The notes: generated from the sequence alone by a model not told the origin. Shown: positions 38,417-48,170, counted from the first letter of the stretch. The stretch is DNA of 64,000 nucleotides from Methylococcaceae bacterium (GCA_037130115.1 JBAXTQ010000003.1:430-64429); one strand, 5' to 3'. Numbers and translations are program-made.

Positions 38417-40183
38417 TTAATTAATTTGCACCATGCCACCTTTAATAACGGTAGTGGCACTGCCTTTTATAGTTGTACTCGCTCCAGAGACTTCGGCACT
38501 GCCGCTACCCGATGCCTTGAATGCAGTTTGTGCTTTTAACTCGATATTCATACCTTCAGTTTTGACATCTTTATCAGCTTTTAAACTTAGCTCTTTACTG
38601 CTTTCGATTTTGATGCCACTGTCATTCAAAGTGATTTTGTTACTGTTTTGGTCTTCAAACACGATGCCTTTGTCTTCATCGGAAATGGTGATTTTGTTGC
38701 CGCCTGGTGTTTCTAAAGTGATGATTTTTTTTTCATCATCAAAGGTCAATTTCATTTTTTCGCGGCTGACATAACCTTTACGATGATTATCATCTTTAGC
38801 AGGTTCGGGTGCGGGTTTCGCGCTGCTGTGACACATACCCAAAATCACGGGATAACGCGGATCATCGTTAAGAAATCCGACAATGACTTCATCACCGATT
38901 TCAGGACGAAAAAATGTACCGCGTTGTTTACCTGCATCCAAGGTGGCAATTCGCGCCCAGATACCTTCTTCTGATGTACTAATCATCGGCAAGCGAACTT
39001 TAATACGGTCTTCGCCATCGGGGTCATTTTCCAGTACGGTGACAATGCCAATTTGTAACCCACTCACAGCGGGCAATAAACCTGATGCGGGCAGGGGGCG
39101 AAGATTATGAATCTCGGCGAATAGTTCGGTATTTAATCCGAGTTGCACATCGGTATGCCAATCGCCTTTGGCAAAACTGTGGCGTATGCCGGATACATAG
39201 AGCTTACCTTCAAAGCGTTCGCCGATACCGCTTATTTCAATGACTTTATCTGGCATAACACCCGCAAAGCCTTGGAATTTTGCCCGTCCGCGTACTTTTG
39301 CCAAGCGTTCTTTCAATAACCGTCCATCCGCCCATGCCTGTAATTCGGGTTCGCTGAGTTTGCCGCCGTGTCTGATAATACATGCTTCGCCGCCAATGAC
39401 ATCTGCAAGTTCGCTAGCAGTCAGATTGCCATTATTGGTAGTAGTCGGTTCTTTAGCTTCTGTGCTGACAATTTCCTGATCCGTGGCATTCCAGCTATGG
39501 GCAGTTACGCCTTTGCTTTGCCAGCGGGCATCAATTTCTGCATCCAGTTCCAGCAAGGTTCCGCCATACTGGACTTTAAGCACGGATTGCTCGCCTGTTG
39601 CCGGGGGAGCAACGATAATTTTGCCATTCTCAACGTTAACAATCAGTCCATTGGCTTCTGCGCGACAAACCAGAAAATCCCAGTCACTGGCATCATACTG
39701 GACGATTTCTTTATGGCTGAGAGTAGTCGCTTTGATGTCTTTTTGTAAACCATGCAAATCAATAATGTCTTCCATGATCTCACTGTCTTTTTTGTCAATG
39801 TAATAACGGCTATTTGCACCACTGGTCATTTTTACCGCTTCATCACGGCATTCCAAAATTAGTAAACTACCGCTGTTGCGGATTTTGATGCTGTGTTTAA
39901 CGATAATACCTTTGAATACCGAATCATTATGTGAGCGATAACCGAGTTGGATGTCTATTTTTTTGCCCGGAATAAAATGCGCGGTATTGCTGGCTTTAAA
40001 GGTCGCTTTAGCTGCCTCGCCGTCTTGTAAATGAATCGTGGCTGTAGGAATTCGATTTAACTCTCGTGTCACATAAACAGACAGCACATGAAACTCGCCA
40101 GAGATTTCTGCTCCATCGATGAGAATTGCCGCCGTACAAACATCAGGTGTTGCAGGCGTTGGAATAGTCGATTCGTTGCTCAC
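38417..40183 (-). CDS. VgrG-like spike (Afp8-like)
   Basis: QYDASDWDFLVCRAEANG, DPDGEDRIKV..P...WARIAT, FFRPEIGDEVIVGF..DDPRYPVILG, beta-helix tail. Confidence 0.93.
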   Translation of the reverse strand: MSNESTIPTPATPDVCTAAILIDGAEISGEFHVLSVYVTRELNRIPTATIHLQDGEAAKATFKASNTAHFIPGKKIDIQLGYRSHNDSVFKGIIVKHSIKIRNSGSLLILECRDEAVKMTSGANSRYYIDKKDSEIMEDIIDLHGLQKDIKATTLSHKEIVQYDASDWDFLVCRAEANGLIVNVENGKIIVAPPATGEQSVLKVQYGGTLLELDAEIDARWQSKGVTAHSWNATDQEIVSTEAKEPTTTNNGNLTASELADVIGGEACIIRHGGKLSEPELQAWADGRLLKERLAKVRGRAKFQGFAGVMPDKVIEISGIGERFEGKLYVSGIRHSFAKGDWHTDVQLGLNTELFAEIHNLRPLPASGLLPAVSGLQIGIVTVLENDPDGEDRIKVRLPMISTSEEGIWARIATLDAGKQRGTFFRPEIGDEVIVGFLNDDPRYPVILGMCHSSAKPAPEPAKDDNHRKGYVSREKMKLTFDDEKKIITLETPGGNKITISDEDKGIVFEDQNSNKITLNDSGIKIESSKELSLKADKDVKTEGMNIELKAQTAFKASGSGSAEVSGASTTIKGSATTVIKGGMVQIN

Positions 40184-40935
40184 GTTGCTTTAACAGTTTT
40201 GTCTATCGGTGGAAAAATCAGCTCAGTTCCAGGGAGTAAAGAACGAAAATTGCTCAGCCTATTTACTGTTGCTATTTGTAGATAATATTTCGAGTCTCCA
40301 TAAATGCGTTCGCACATCAATGGTAGAGTATCGCCTGCTTTGACTTTGCGAACATGGGTAAGATCAGCGGATTTTTTATCTTCCTGCAAAGCGCGTTTTG
40401 TCTCTTCGATGCTACTTTTAAACTTTACTTTGGCAACCGCTCGAATCGGCGTACCGTCTGGTTTAAACAGTTTGTAGTTAATACTGACTTCAGTGGCTCG
40501 CCCCTTGAAAATAGAATTTTTCCCCCACACCAGCTTTAAATGACGCGGCTCGTGAGAATCACCTTTGTATTCAAGCAAGGCACGTTTGAATTTTTGAATA
40601 CCTTCAACGATAGAATCTTGCGGATTGCCTTTCCCATCAACAGGTGGGTCACCTTTTTTAGTGCGCCATTCACCATCAATAATGCCCGTACCATCGAATA
40701 AAAATTCAAAAGTCATCTCCAATGGCTCGGTACTTTCATATTTTAATTGCTTACCGCTAGACCCCTGTCCCTGTGCTTCAGCAAATTTAAACCTATATTC
40801 AATGGCATAGCTCTCTGGATTTATTAATGCCTCAAACTTATCATCCGCATTACTGGCAACGCCATCCTCCGCTTTTTGGGAATCAGCGTAAGCCAGAATT
40901 AGCATCTTTTCTAATTTGCCTGTGTCATTAGCCAT
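40180..40935 (-). CDS. CIS tube initiator with LysM domain (Afp7-like)
   Basis: INPESY, F.PDGTPIRA, VKAGDTLPLMCERIYGDSKYYLQIA.VNRL (LysM). Start MANDTGK at 40935. Confidence 0.88.
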   Translation of the reverse strand: MANDTGKLEKMLILAYADSQKAEDGVASNADDKFEALINPESYAIEYRFKFAEAQGQGSSGKQLKYESTEPLEMTFEFLFDGTGIIDGEWRTKKGDPPVDGKGNPQDSIVEGIQKFKRALLEYKGDSHEPRHLKLVWGKNSIFKGRATEVSINYKLFKPDGTPIRAVAKVKFKSSIEETKRALQEDKKSADLTHVRKVKAGDTLPLMCERIYGDSKYYLQIATVNRLSNFRSLLPGTELIFPPIDKTVKAT

Positions 40936-41120
40936 CAGCGTTCCTTTTTGTTTTTCAGTATTTCTAATACCTGTTCGACACATTCGGCAACAATAGTGTC
41001 TTTATCACCACCATGATTATTATTCCCGCCATCACTCGCTGTTGGTTGCTTTGCCGCTTGACCTCCTGATGCGGTATTAACCACGACATGAATATGCAGC
41101 TCTTTTATCTCAATGGGCAT
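40935..41120 (-). CDS. Small CIS protein (DUF5908/Afp6-like)
   Basis: MPIEIKELHI...IVAECVEQVLEIL...ER; coupled to the downstream gene by a TGATG overlap. Confidence 0.8.
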   Translation of the reverse strand: MPIEIKELHIHVVVNTASGGQAAKQPTASDGGNNNHGGDKDTIVAECVEQVLEILKNKKER

Positions 41121-41195
41121 GACTACGTTTCCACTTATATTAATCCACTGCGTAAGGTACGGATTTTTATCCGCACAGTGCGAATGAATTCGCGC

Positions 41196-41645
41196 CTACA
41201 AAATACTGAAATAGCGATAAGTCAATTCCAGTGTTTCAATAACAACCGCACTTTCATTGGCATTCAAATCACTGACCAGCCATTTTTTTGGAATGGCATG
41301 AACGATATTCCAAGTGCGTAACGCTTCACTTTTTTCGTTCATTAAAATCACACTTATATCCGCTGGTTTAAATGCCCGATGATTAAACGCATCCAGAAAC
41401 CAATTCAGCACGGTCGAGTCGGTCAGCATACCGCGCTTTAATACCAAATCGGCGTATTTAGTCCGCACGGGCAGTTTGTGTTCAAAACGATTTTCGCCGC
41501 CTTCTTTAAAAGGTTCGTAATCATATTCAACCGTTAAACCCGATACCGTCTGAAAACGTACATCATTTTTGCCTTCGCCTATACCAAAGGTCACTTTGTA
41601 GTAAAACCCTAGCGGCGGATAGTAATCAATCATTTTTTCTGACAT
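41196..41645 (-). CDS. CIS tube protein, gp19-like (Afp5-like)
   Basis: YYPPLGFYY, FQTVSGL, EGGENRFEHKLP.R.KY.DLVLKRG, IETLEL.Y. Confidence 0.92.
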   Translation of the reverse strand: MSEKMIDYYPPLGFYYKVTFGIGEGKNDVRFQTVSGLTVEYDYEPFKEGGENRFEHKLPVRTKYADLVLKRGMLTDSTVLNWFLDAFNHRAFKPADISVILMNEKSEALRTWNIVHAIPKKWLVSDLNANESAVVIETLELTYRYFSIL

Positions 41646-41662
41646 ATCGGGCTTACCAGTAT

Positions 41663-42100
41663 TTAGACTTTCATTAATTTCAAACCTTCATGCGCCACTT
41701 CAATGCTTTCTACCGCAATTTCATTGGCATCCGATTTAAGGTCGGGAGCCGTGACCTTGACCGGAAAACAGCGGGCGGCCGTCCATGCGGCGACCGGCAC
41801 GTGTTTTTCGTTGAGTAGCCGAATAGTCAAGTCCCGACGTTTTTCAACGCGCTCGTTGGCGATTTCATCCAGCCAGGTGTTATAGTCAAAATCACCTTCA
41901 AATTTACCGCGTTTTAAAGTGATGTTGGCATTTTTGACCATACCCGGCATGGCGATTTTATTAAAATCCTTGCTGTCGCTGTGTCGGTATTCGATTTTTT
42001 CTCGTTCCATAACCAGTCCTGTGACTTCAGTAAAACTGATTTTCGCGCCACCCCAGTCAACCTGAAAATGAAACCGTGGAATTGGATATTCTTGTGCCAT
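41663..42100 (-). CDS. CIS inner tube protein, gp19-like (Afp1-like)
   Basis: YPIPRFHFQVDWGG, FTEVTGL, ITLKRG, FPVK..APDLKSDANEIAVESIEVAHEG. Confidence 0.93.
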   Translation of the reverse strand: MAQEYPIPRFHFQVDWGGAKISFTEVTGLVMEREKIEYRHSDSKDFNKIAMPGMVKNANITLKRGKFEGDFDYNTWLDEIANERVEKRRDLTIRLLNEKHVPVAAWTAARCFPVKVTAPDLKSDANEIAVESIEVAHEGLKLMKV

Positions 42101-42135
42101 GATAATTATCCTTTAAGCTTGATGAATGGATAGTG

Positions 42136-44496
42136 TTAGGATTCAGCCATTTTGTGCGAGAACTTGAGAATGATAAATTCAGCAGGACGCACTGCCGCCA
42201 TACCGATTTCAATAATCATGCGGCCTTCGAGGATGTCCAGCGGCGTCATGGTTTTGCCCAAGCCCACCGCCACATAAAACGCATGTTCCGGTTTTATGCC
42301 TTGTAAAGCGCCCTGCCGCCAGAGCGTAGTCAGGAAATTTTCGATCATAGCTTGAATTTTCACCCAGGTGTTGGCGTCGTTCGGCTCAAACACAAATTGC
42401 TCGGTGGCTTTTTTAACGGACTCTTCCACAAAATTGAAGAAACGCCGCACACTGATATAGCGCCATTCGTTGTCGTTACCGGCCAAGGTGCGGGCGCCCC
42501 ATACGAGAGTGCCTTTACCTGTGAAGGAACGAATAATGTTGATGGATTTGCCGGCATTGACATCGACGTTGTACCCACCTTGCTGCTCGTGGCTTATTTT
42601 TACGGCAGGGCTGATGACAGCGTTAAGGCTGACATTGGCAGGCGCTTTCCAGACACCACGATCACGATCAACGGCGGCATAGACACCGGCAATAGCGCCG
42701 CTAGGAGGAAGAAGATTGAGTGCTTCGGCGGCCTTGGATACTATATTTTTATAGGCCCCAAAGCTATTGAGCAAGCCTTCATTAAATTTTTTCTCATACT
42801 CTGCTGCTGAATTTTGGGCAAAACGAAATAGAGCAATTATTGAATCACTCGCTTTCATAGCAGCATTTTTAGCGAGATCGGCGGCTGCTTTTGCAGCCCC
42901 AGCAAGTGCTTCAGCTGCCGCTGACTGCACATCAATGGCTGTTGCTGCTACTTCATCTGCCGCCGCCTTTATATTTGCTGTTACTTGCGGATTTTCTACC
43001 GCTGCATCTTCTGCTTTTGCTTTTGCATCAGCTGCTCTTTTTTTTGCCGTGATTGCTGTTGTTAGATTTTTATCTACGGTCAATACAAGTTCAGCGGCCG
43101 TTAATACATCTGCCGCAGCTGATACAACTGTAGCGGCGTCTGGTACCTGTATGTTTGCTGCAACTGCTTTAACTTTTGCTTTATCTGCTTTAACTTTTGC
43201 TGTAACCAATGCGTTAAGAGCTGTTGCGTTATAAGCATTCTCAATTGAAACGTCGGAGATGGTTTGGAAATTAGCAAAGTTTGCATAACCTAGCAATGGA
43301 ATACCTTTAACCAAATCGGAAGTCAGACCGTCAGAAAAAATAAAGGTTTTTCCGTTATCGTCTTTACGCAAATAATTGTAATGCGCTGCAAGTACATCAA
43401 ACACCTTTTTCAGTTGGGAGCTTGCCAGATACTGATCAATATCAGTCTTTAAAATAAAATCTTTAGTTTTCCCCGTAGGCACGGCATCTTTAGAACTATG
43501 AATATCAGGCAATCCTTCAACCATGATTTTTACATCAGCAAGAATAGTTGCCAATAGATCATAGATACCTTTCAATGCTACCTCGTAAGCTGTAATGTCT
43601 CCTTGGGAGGGTTTAAGGGCGTTATAGGCATCGGATTTTAACTTCAAAATATCCTGCCATTTTTTATCAGCAGCTGACCCTGGAAATTTAGATTCAGCGT
43701 CTTTCAATAAATCAACCGCCTCTTCTGCTTTTTTAACGTCATTCAATATTTGTAAAATTGCTTTGTCAGTCGTGAGGCTGTTCAGTTTTACGTTTTCTCC
43801 ATTTGTATCACCCCGTTTTATTGTTAAATCCCTATGATAAACAAATCTCGGCAGGCTTGAATTAATCCAGGGTCCATAGGCCGCTCCATATTTAAGATAG
43901 TTAATCCCTATACCGTTTCGTAAGGCCTGTACATTCACACCAAAGTCTTTGTCAGTATTAATCACATCACAGACTGTTACCCTGTCTTGTAGCTTGTTAC
44001 ATTGGGTTAATGCCTCAACTTGAACGTCATACAAATCAGTGAGGCCTGTTAAACTAACAGCATCCGGAAAAAGTAGAATAGTGGGTTCGTCTTCTATTTC
44101 GAGCTTTTTGATACCCTCAATCAATTTATCCTTGGCGATGGTGTCATCATAGCTGCCCACTGATACGATATAGGCGTTTCCGCCGCCGTTGGCATAAAAA
44201 AGCCTTAAGCTGTCGTAAAGTAAAAAGCCTTGTTCCTTCTTTGCGTCCACATAAGCATCATTGTTGTCTAAATAAACTTCCATTTTCTGTGGCGGGGCAC
44301 CGCCAAACATTTCCTCAAATTCAGCAATGGATTCAATGCGGGTCGGTTTATCGAGGAGCGATTCATTTTTCTTTAAGGCCTTCTCCGTATACCCGATAAA
44401 CGCCGGTATCGCAGTCTCCACTGCGGCAATGGAGGGTGGGAATTTGGGAATCTCTTCGACATAGACTCCGGGAGTTTTATAAGCTGTTGCTGCCAT
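42136..44496 (-). CDS. CIS sheath protein with large internal insertion
   Basis: YKTPGVYVEE, YGAAYGPW, PPSGAIAGVYA..D..RGVWKAPAN, VWGARTL, WRYISVRRFF, FEPNDANTW, VRPAEFI. Confidence 0.93.
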   Translation of the reverse strand: MAATAYKTPGVYVEEIPKFPPSIAAVETAIPAFIGYTEKALKKNESLLDKPTRIESIAEFEEMFGGAPPQKMEVYLDNNDAYVDAKKEQGFLLYDSLRLFYANGGGNAYIVSVGSYDDTIAKDKLIEGIKKLEIEDEPTILLFPDAVSLTGLTDLYDVQVEALTQCNKLQDRVTVCDVINTDKDFGVNVQALRNGIGINYLKYGAAYGPWINSSLPRFVYHRDLTIKRGDTNGENVKLNSLTTDKAILQILNDVKKAEEAVDLLKDAESKFPGSAADKKWQDILKLKSDAYNALKPSQGDITAYEVALKGIYDLLATILADVKIMVEGLPDIHSSKDAVPTGKTKDFILKTDIDQYLASSQLKKVFDVLAAHYNYLRKDDNGKTFIFSDGLTSDLVKGIPLLGYANFANFQTISDVSIENAYNATALNALVTAKVKADKAKVKAVAANIQVPDAATVVSAAADVLTAAELVLTVDKNLTTAITAKKRAADAKAKAEDAAVENPQVTANIKAAADEVAATAIDVQSAAAEALAGAAKAAADLAKNAAMKASDSIIALFRFAQNSAAEYEKKFNEGLLNSFGAYKNIVSKAAEALNLLPPSGAIAGVYAAVDRDRGVWKAPANVSLNAVISPAVKISHEQQGGYNVDVNAGKSINIIRSFTGKGTLVWGARTLAGNDNEWRYISVRRFFNFVEESVKKATEQFVFEPNDANTWVKIQAMIENFLTTLWRQGALQGIKPEHAFYVAVGLGKTMTPLDILEGRMIIEIGMAAVRPAEFIILKFSHKMAES

Positions 44497-44529
44497 ATTT
44501 TTCACCGTTTAGTTTTATGATCATAGACA

Positions 44530-45573
44530 TTATTCAAAGATTTCGGAGCGAAGTCCTAGCACTTTGGGCGGAACACTTTCATCGGTTTGAGGTACTACCA
44601 AGCCTTGAGGCGGCTTTTGTTTTTTATTCGGAGCAGGGCTGGCATTGCCAAAAAAAGTCAGTGGTAATGGAGCGGGTTCAACAAAGAATGGCGGGGCATT
44701 TTTACCGGTATTGCCATGATAGTACTGCCATTGCGTTGAGCGGTTTTTAAAGCGAATTTGAAAAACCGGTGCAGGCGTTTTGGCCATGCCTGCCGCTGTA
44801 ATAAAACTGAATTCGTCGTTATCCGTCCTTACTGTCGCCAGGCGAATCAGGGCAAAAACATCATCCGGAATATCCCCTAGTAATAAGCCCTCAGCCGGTA
44901 CATCTCCTTGATGAACGCAAACGGGCATTTCACTGGCTTTAGGGACGATTTCCTGTAGTCCTGCATCGGGTTGATCGCCAATTAATTGCATTAAGGCATC
45001 GCCCATTTGCACTAACGCTTCGGCCGGGTCGTCATCGGATAAAAGCGGATTCCGAATCGGAATGGGCTTGGATAAATATAAGGTTTTTTTAGAACCATCC
45101 TCGGATAAATACAAGGGTTTATTAGGGTCACCAGTCCTTGTCTCCCCCGTCAAATTGGATAAAACCGCCACGTTTTTTTTATACCGCCAAGTTTTATTTT
45201 CGGCTTTCTGATAGCGTTCGATAATAGGTTGAGGTCGAATTGTGAGCGCGGTATAGTTGAAAAAATCAGGATTTTTTACCGTAAGCACAAATTCAAATTG
45301 CATATCCTGAGGTAATACCGATAGCTTAGGTGCCATCACTACAAAACCCAGCGCTGTGTTTTTGAAGATACAACCAAAACCCGACAACGATTTGGCTGTA
45401 GTTGGCGTCGGTGCAATAGATAAAAACTGGCGGACATCATAACTGCTTAAATGTTGCTCCGACAAATTCTTGGCTAGCGTATCAAATAATTCTTTGCCAT
45501 TATCCAGCCAATAGTGATGAAGAATATGTACCTGAAATAATTTCTGGTAGCTGTGGCTTAAGCGTTCGCTCAT
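44530..45573 (-). CDS. CIS-associated protein, probable cap adaptor (Alg16B-like position)
   Basis: LFQVHILHHY..D and F.IRFKNRST.W.Y; lies between DUF4255 and sheath, coupled to DUF4255 by an ATGA overlap. Confidence 0.55.
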   Translation of the reverse strand: MSERLSHSYQKLFQVHILHHYWLDNGKELFDTLAKNLSEQHLSSYDVRQFLSIAPTPTTAKSLSGFGCIFKNTALGFVVMAPKLSVLPQDMQFEFVLTVKNPDFFNYTALTIRPQPIIERYQKAENKTWRYKKNVAVLSNLTGETRTGDPNKPLYLSEDGSKKTLYLSKPIPIRNPLLSDDDPAEALVQMGDALMQLIGDQPDAGLQEIVPKASEMPVCVHQGDVPAEGLLLGDIPDDVFALIRLATVRTDNDEFSFITAAGMAKTPAPVFQIRFKNRSTQWQYYHGNTGKNAPPFFVEPAPLPLTFFGNASPAPNKKQKPPQGLVVPQTDESVPPKVLGLRSEIFE

Positions 45574-46208
45574 GAGTTTACCGCCGGATTTTTGTGGTAA
45601 AAATCACTGACAACTTCAGTAATAACGCTGCGTTCGCTTTGTACTGCGCTGAATTTTAGATCCAGCATTCGTAGCGTGTATAAAACAAAGGGGTACTGCT
45701 TGCCACCTAACGTACCCCATAAGTGGTTGACTTCTTCCATCGTCGGAGAATACAAATCAAAAATGAGTTTGAAAGATTCTAATCGATCAAGCTCATTATC
45801 GGGGCAATCTTTGGTAATGGAGTCTGGTTTAACATTATCTTGAGTAAATACATTCTTGAATTGAAAAAACCGAATGGCTCTGGACAACACTAGTAAGGCA
45901 TTGGTGTACGTGGGGTGAGTCGCGGCAATTAAAATCTGAAAGTTGAGAAAAACCGGCGGGTTTTCATAAATGGTGGTTAACGTTATGTCATTACGCACAT
46001 GATTAGGAAGATTTTTTAGGGTTTTTTCTTCCTTGATGTTCACCATAGACAAGATCAGTTTATTTCTTAAATCTGCCTCGGCAGTAACACCCTCTGCAAG
46101 ATTACCCAATTTTACTGTTGTAGGATCGCCTAATTTACCCAAGTAATAAGTATCATCAATATGTGCATACAGTTCATTTATCACGATGGTCAAAGCATGG
46201 GATATCAT
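45570..46208 (-). CDS. DUF4255 CIS cap/terminator protein (Afp16/Pvc16-like)
   Basis: LSMVNIKEE..LKN, NPPVFLNFQIL, LWGTLGGKQYPFVLY; first gene of the operon. Confidence 0.88.
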   Translation of the reverse strand: MISHALTIVINELYAHIDDTYYLGKLGDPTTVKLGNLAEGVTAEADLRNKLILSMVNIKEEKTLKNLPNHVRNDITLTTIYENPPVFLNFQILIAATHPTYTNALLVLSRAIRFFQFKNVFTQDNVKPDSITKDCPDNELDRLESFKLIFDLYSPTMEEVNHLWGTLGGKQYPFVLYTLRMLDLKFSAVQSERSVITEVVSDFYHKNPAVNS

Positions 46209-46470
46209 GACGACTCTCAGGGGTCAATTGACTCAGTACAGCAACAAGTAAATAAATGACTCAGCCGAATCAGCGTCTGTCATCAATTTGCCATCAGATA
46301 TATCCATTTTTGGCTGGCCTTTGAAATTGGAAAAATAAAATTAACGGCCATTGTGATTGCTAGCGGCTATTGTGAGCTTTTTTTTGTAATTTATAACATT
46401 TAAAAAATTACCTGTAAACAATAATATTTCCAAAATGGAAAAATAAAGGAACGTATTTTTTGGATGAAAC

Positions 46471-46642
46471 GGCTACCCACTTTAGACGGGACAAGCAAAA
46501 AGGCTTAACCGTCAATACGGTTAACTTAACGATAAAGCATCAAAAGAGACCGTTCGCTGAGCGGAGTCGAAGCGAGTTGTCCGCTTCGGCTCGGCTCAGT
46601 GAACGATTTAACCATAAACTGTCCCGCCTTAAATAGGTAGCC
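46471..46642. mobile_element. 172-bp MITE (IS1595-like ends) with nested REP
   Basis: TIRs GGCTACCCACTTTAGACGGGACA / TGTCCCGCCTTAAATAGGTAGCC; flanks GATGAAAC / GATGAAGC (7/8 TSD); internal CCGTTCGCTGAGCGGAGTCGAAG hairpin. Confidence 0.75.
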
Positions 46643-46663
46643 GATGAAGCTGAGTAGCTTGAA

Positions 46664-48016
46664 TTAGCTGCGTATTTCATCATCCCGGCAAGGAACCACT
46701 ACCACTTGGGCAAAGCCGCCGCCAGGCGTCCGGAAATTGGTGGTTTGTCCCTGGTATAAACGGGCGCTTATTAATTGCGTTTGGCCTTTATAAACGTAAT
46801 GACGCAGGTCAAGTTTAAAATTCACGATTTTATTGTCGACTTCCAATTGTCGCTCGCTGGGCTGCACAAGGGTTTGCGCTACATAGTCTCCCTGTAAAAT
46901 TTCACCGAATACCCGCTTGGTCAGTTTGTCACCACGGTAGGCGGCTTTGCTGCCATAACCTTTGGCGGGTTTAAAAAATAGATGCTTGCGACCTGCCCAT
47001 AAACTATCGGCCTCGTCAGGATTTACTGAAACGGTATGGGCAATGCCGGCAAGCAGTATGGCTCTGGTTGTTGCGTCAACGCCGAAATTTATTAAGGCGG
47101 CTTCGTCAGTCAGTAGTGTCAGGTTTCTTTTATCGGCGTAAAGCGCGTGGGCTCGTGGATGCGGGGTAACCACAACCGATTCTGCCAGGTAGGCGTCCAG
47201 TAAAGCTTTATGCGCAGTCGCTTTCAAGCCAAAATCTGTCAGCCGATTGTAGACCAGATCGATACATTGATTTTCGTGCCAAAGCGCCTGGTCTTTATAA
47301 ACAAGCTCTGATGGGTCACAAATTACGGCATTGATGTTGTTTTGTTCAAAGAGTTTTTTAAACAAAAGAAACTCCGGCAGCATGTATTGGCTTTGTGGAT
47401 TTTCATCAACGATAGCGATTGAACGTAAAGGCTGTTGGCCGCGTTCAGCCTGCCATTCTTCAAGAAACATCTCAAAAAATGCCTGTTCCGGGTCAGTGGA
47501 GAGGGTGGCATTAATGGTGTTTGTGGGTAATTCTTTCTCGGTCAGATCACAACAGACTTTCTGGCTGCGCAACACGATGGCGTTAAGTAAGGCACCGCCC
47601 GCATTGGTGTTTATTTCAATCAATTGTGGCCCGTCATCGCTTAAATGAAAGTCATAACCAAAAAAAACGCCGTGCGCCTTGGGAATATATGTCGCCGTGT
47701 CGGGCGCGTAGGCAAGTACACATTCCTGATAAGCCGGTAAAGCGATAACGCTTTCTATGGCAGCAATGATGCAGTGTTGTTTTTGCAGGCACGTATCAGT
47801 GACAAATACGGCGGATTCGGCAAAGAGGTGAGGGCGGTCTTCAAAGATCTTATGATACAAATTGCTATCGTCTTGCCGTTGTTTTAATTCGGCATGCATG
47901 GCTTCCCGATTGAGCGAGATGCAGCGACATTGGCTATTGAGCTGTTTGGCTCGTTGTTCGCAGGGTTGATCAGCGGTTATTGATGATGATAAGCCTGAAT
48001 TAGAAGAGAGAGTCAT
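46664..48016 (-). CDS. Orphan ATP-grasp peptide ligase-like protein (circularly permuted type)
   Basis: GYDFHL...LIEINTNAGG, FFKPAKGYGSKAAYRG, YVAQ, KLDLRHY, ARLYQGQTTNFRTPGGGF. Confidence 0.65.
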   Translation of the reverse strand: MTLSSNSGLSSSITADQPCEQRAKQLNSQCRCISLNREAMHAELKQRQDDSNLYHKIFEDRPHLFAESAVFVTDTCLQKQHCIIAAIESVIALPAYQECVLAYAPDTATYIPKAHGVFFGYDFHLSDDGPQLIEINTNAGGALLNAIVLRSQKVCCDLTEKELPTNTINATLSTDPEQAFFEMFLEEWQAERGQQPLRSIAIVDENPQSQYMLPEFLLFKKLFEQNNINAVICDPSELVYKDQALWHENQCIDLVYNRLTDFGLKATAHKALLDAYLAESVVVTPHPRAHALYADKRNLTLLTDEAALINFGVDATTRAILLAGIAHTVSVNPDEADSLWAGRKHLFFKPAKGYGSKAAYRGDKLTKRVFGEILQGDYVAQTLVQPSERQLEVDNKIVNFKLDLRHYVYKGQTQLISARLYQGQTTNFRTPGGGFAQVVVVPCRDDEIRS

Positions 48017-48170
48017 TATAGTTTCATGTATCGCGGGTAAAATAGATTGTTTTATGGATGATAGCCAAGTGGGTAATAATAGAGCAAACTACAACCTATA
48101 CCCATTACTTATTTTGCAGAGTCCTACTTAGAGGCAGCAGATACTATTTAATAGGTGATATGACGCACTA

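Noticed and set aside
18998-46208. Prophage or T6SS interpretation of the tail-like cluster
   Set aside because: No capsid, portal, terminase or integrase, and no TssJ/L/M/K or ClpV; DUF4255, DUF4157, LysM initiator and CIS TMP point to an eCIS.
46210-46470. ops/JUMPStart element in the eCIS leader
   Set aside because: No GGCGGTAG on the coding strand was found.
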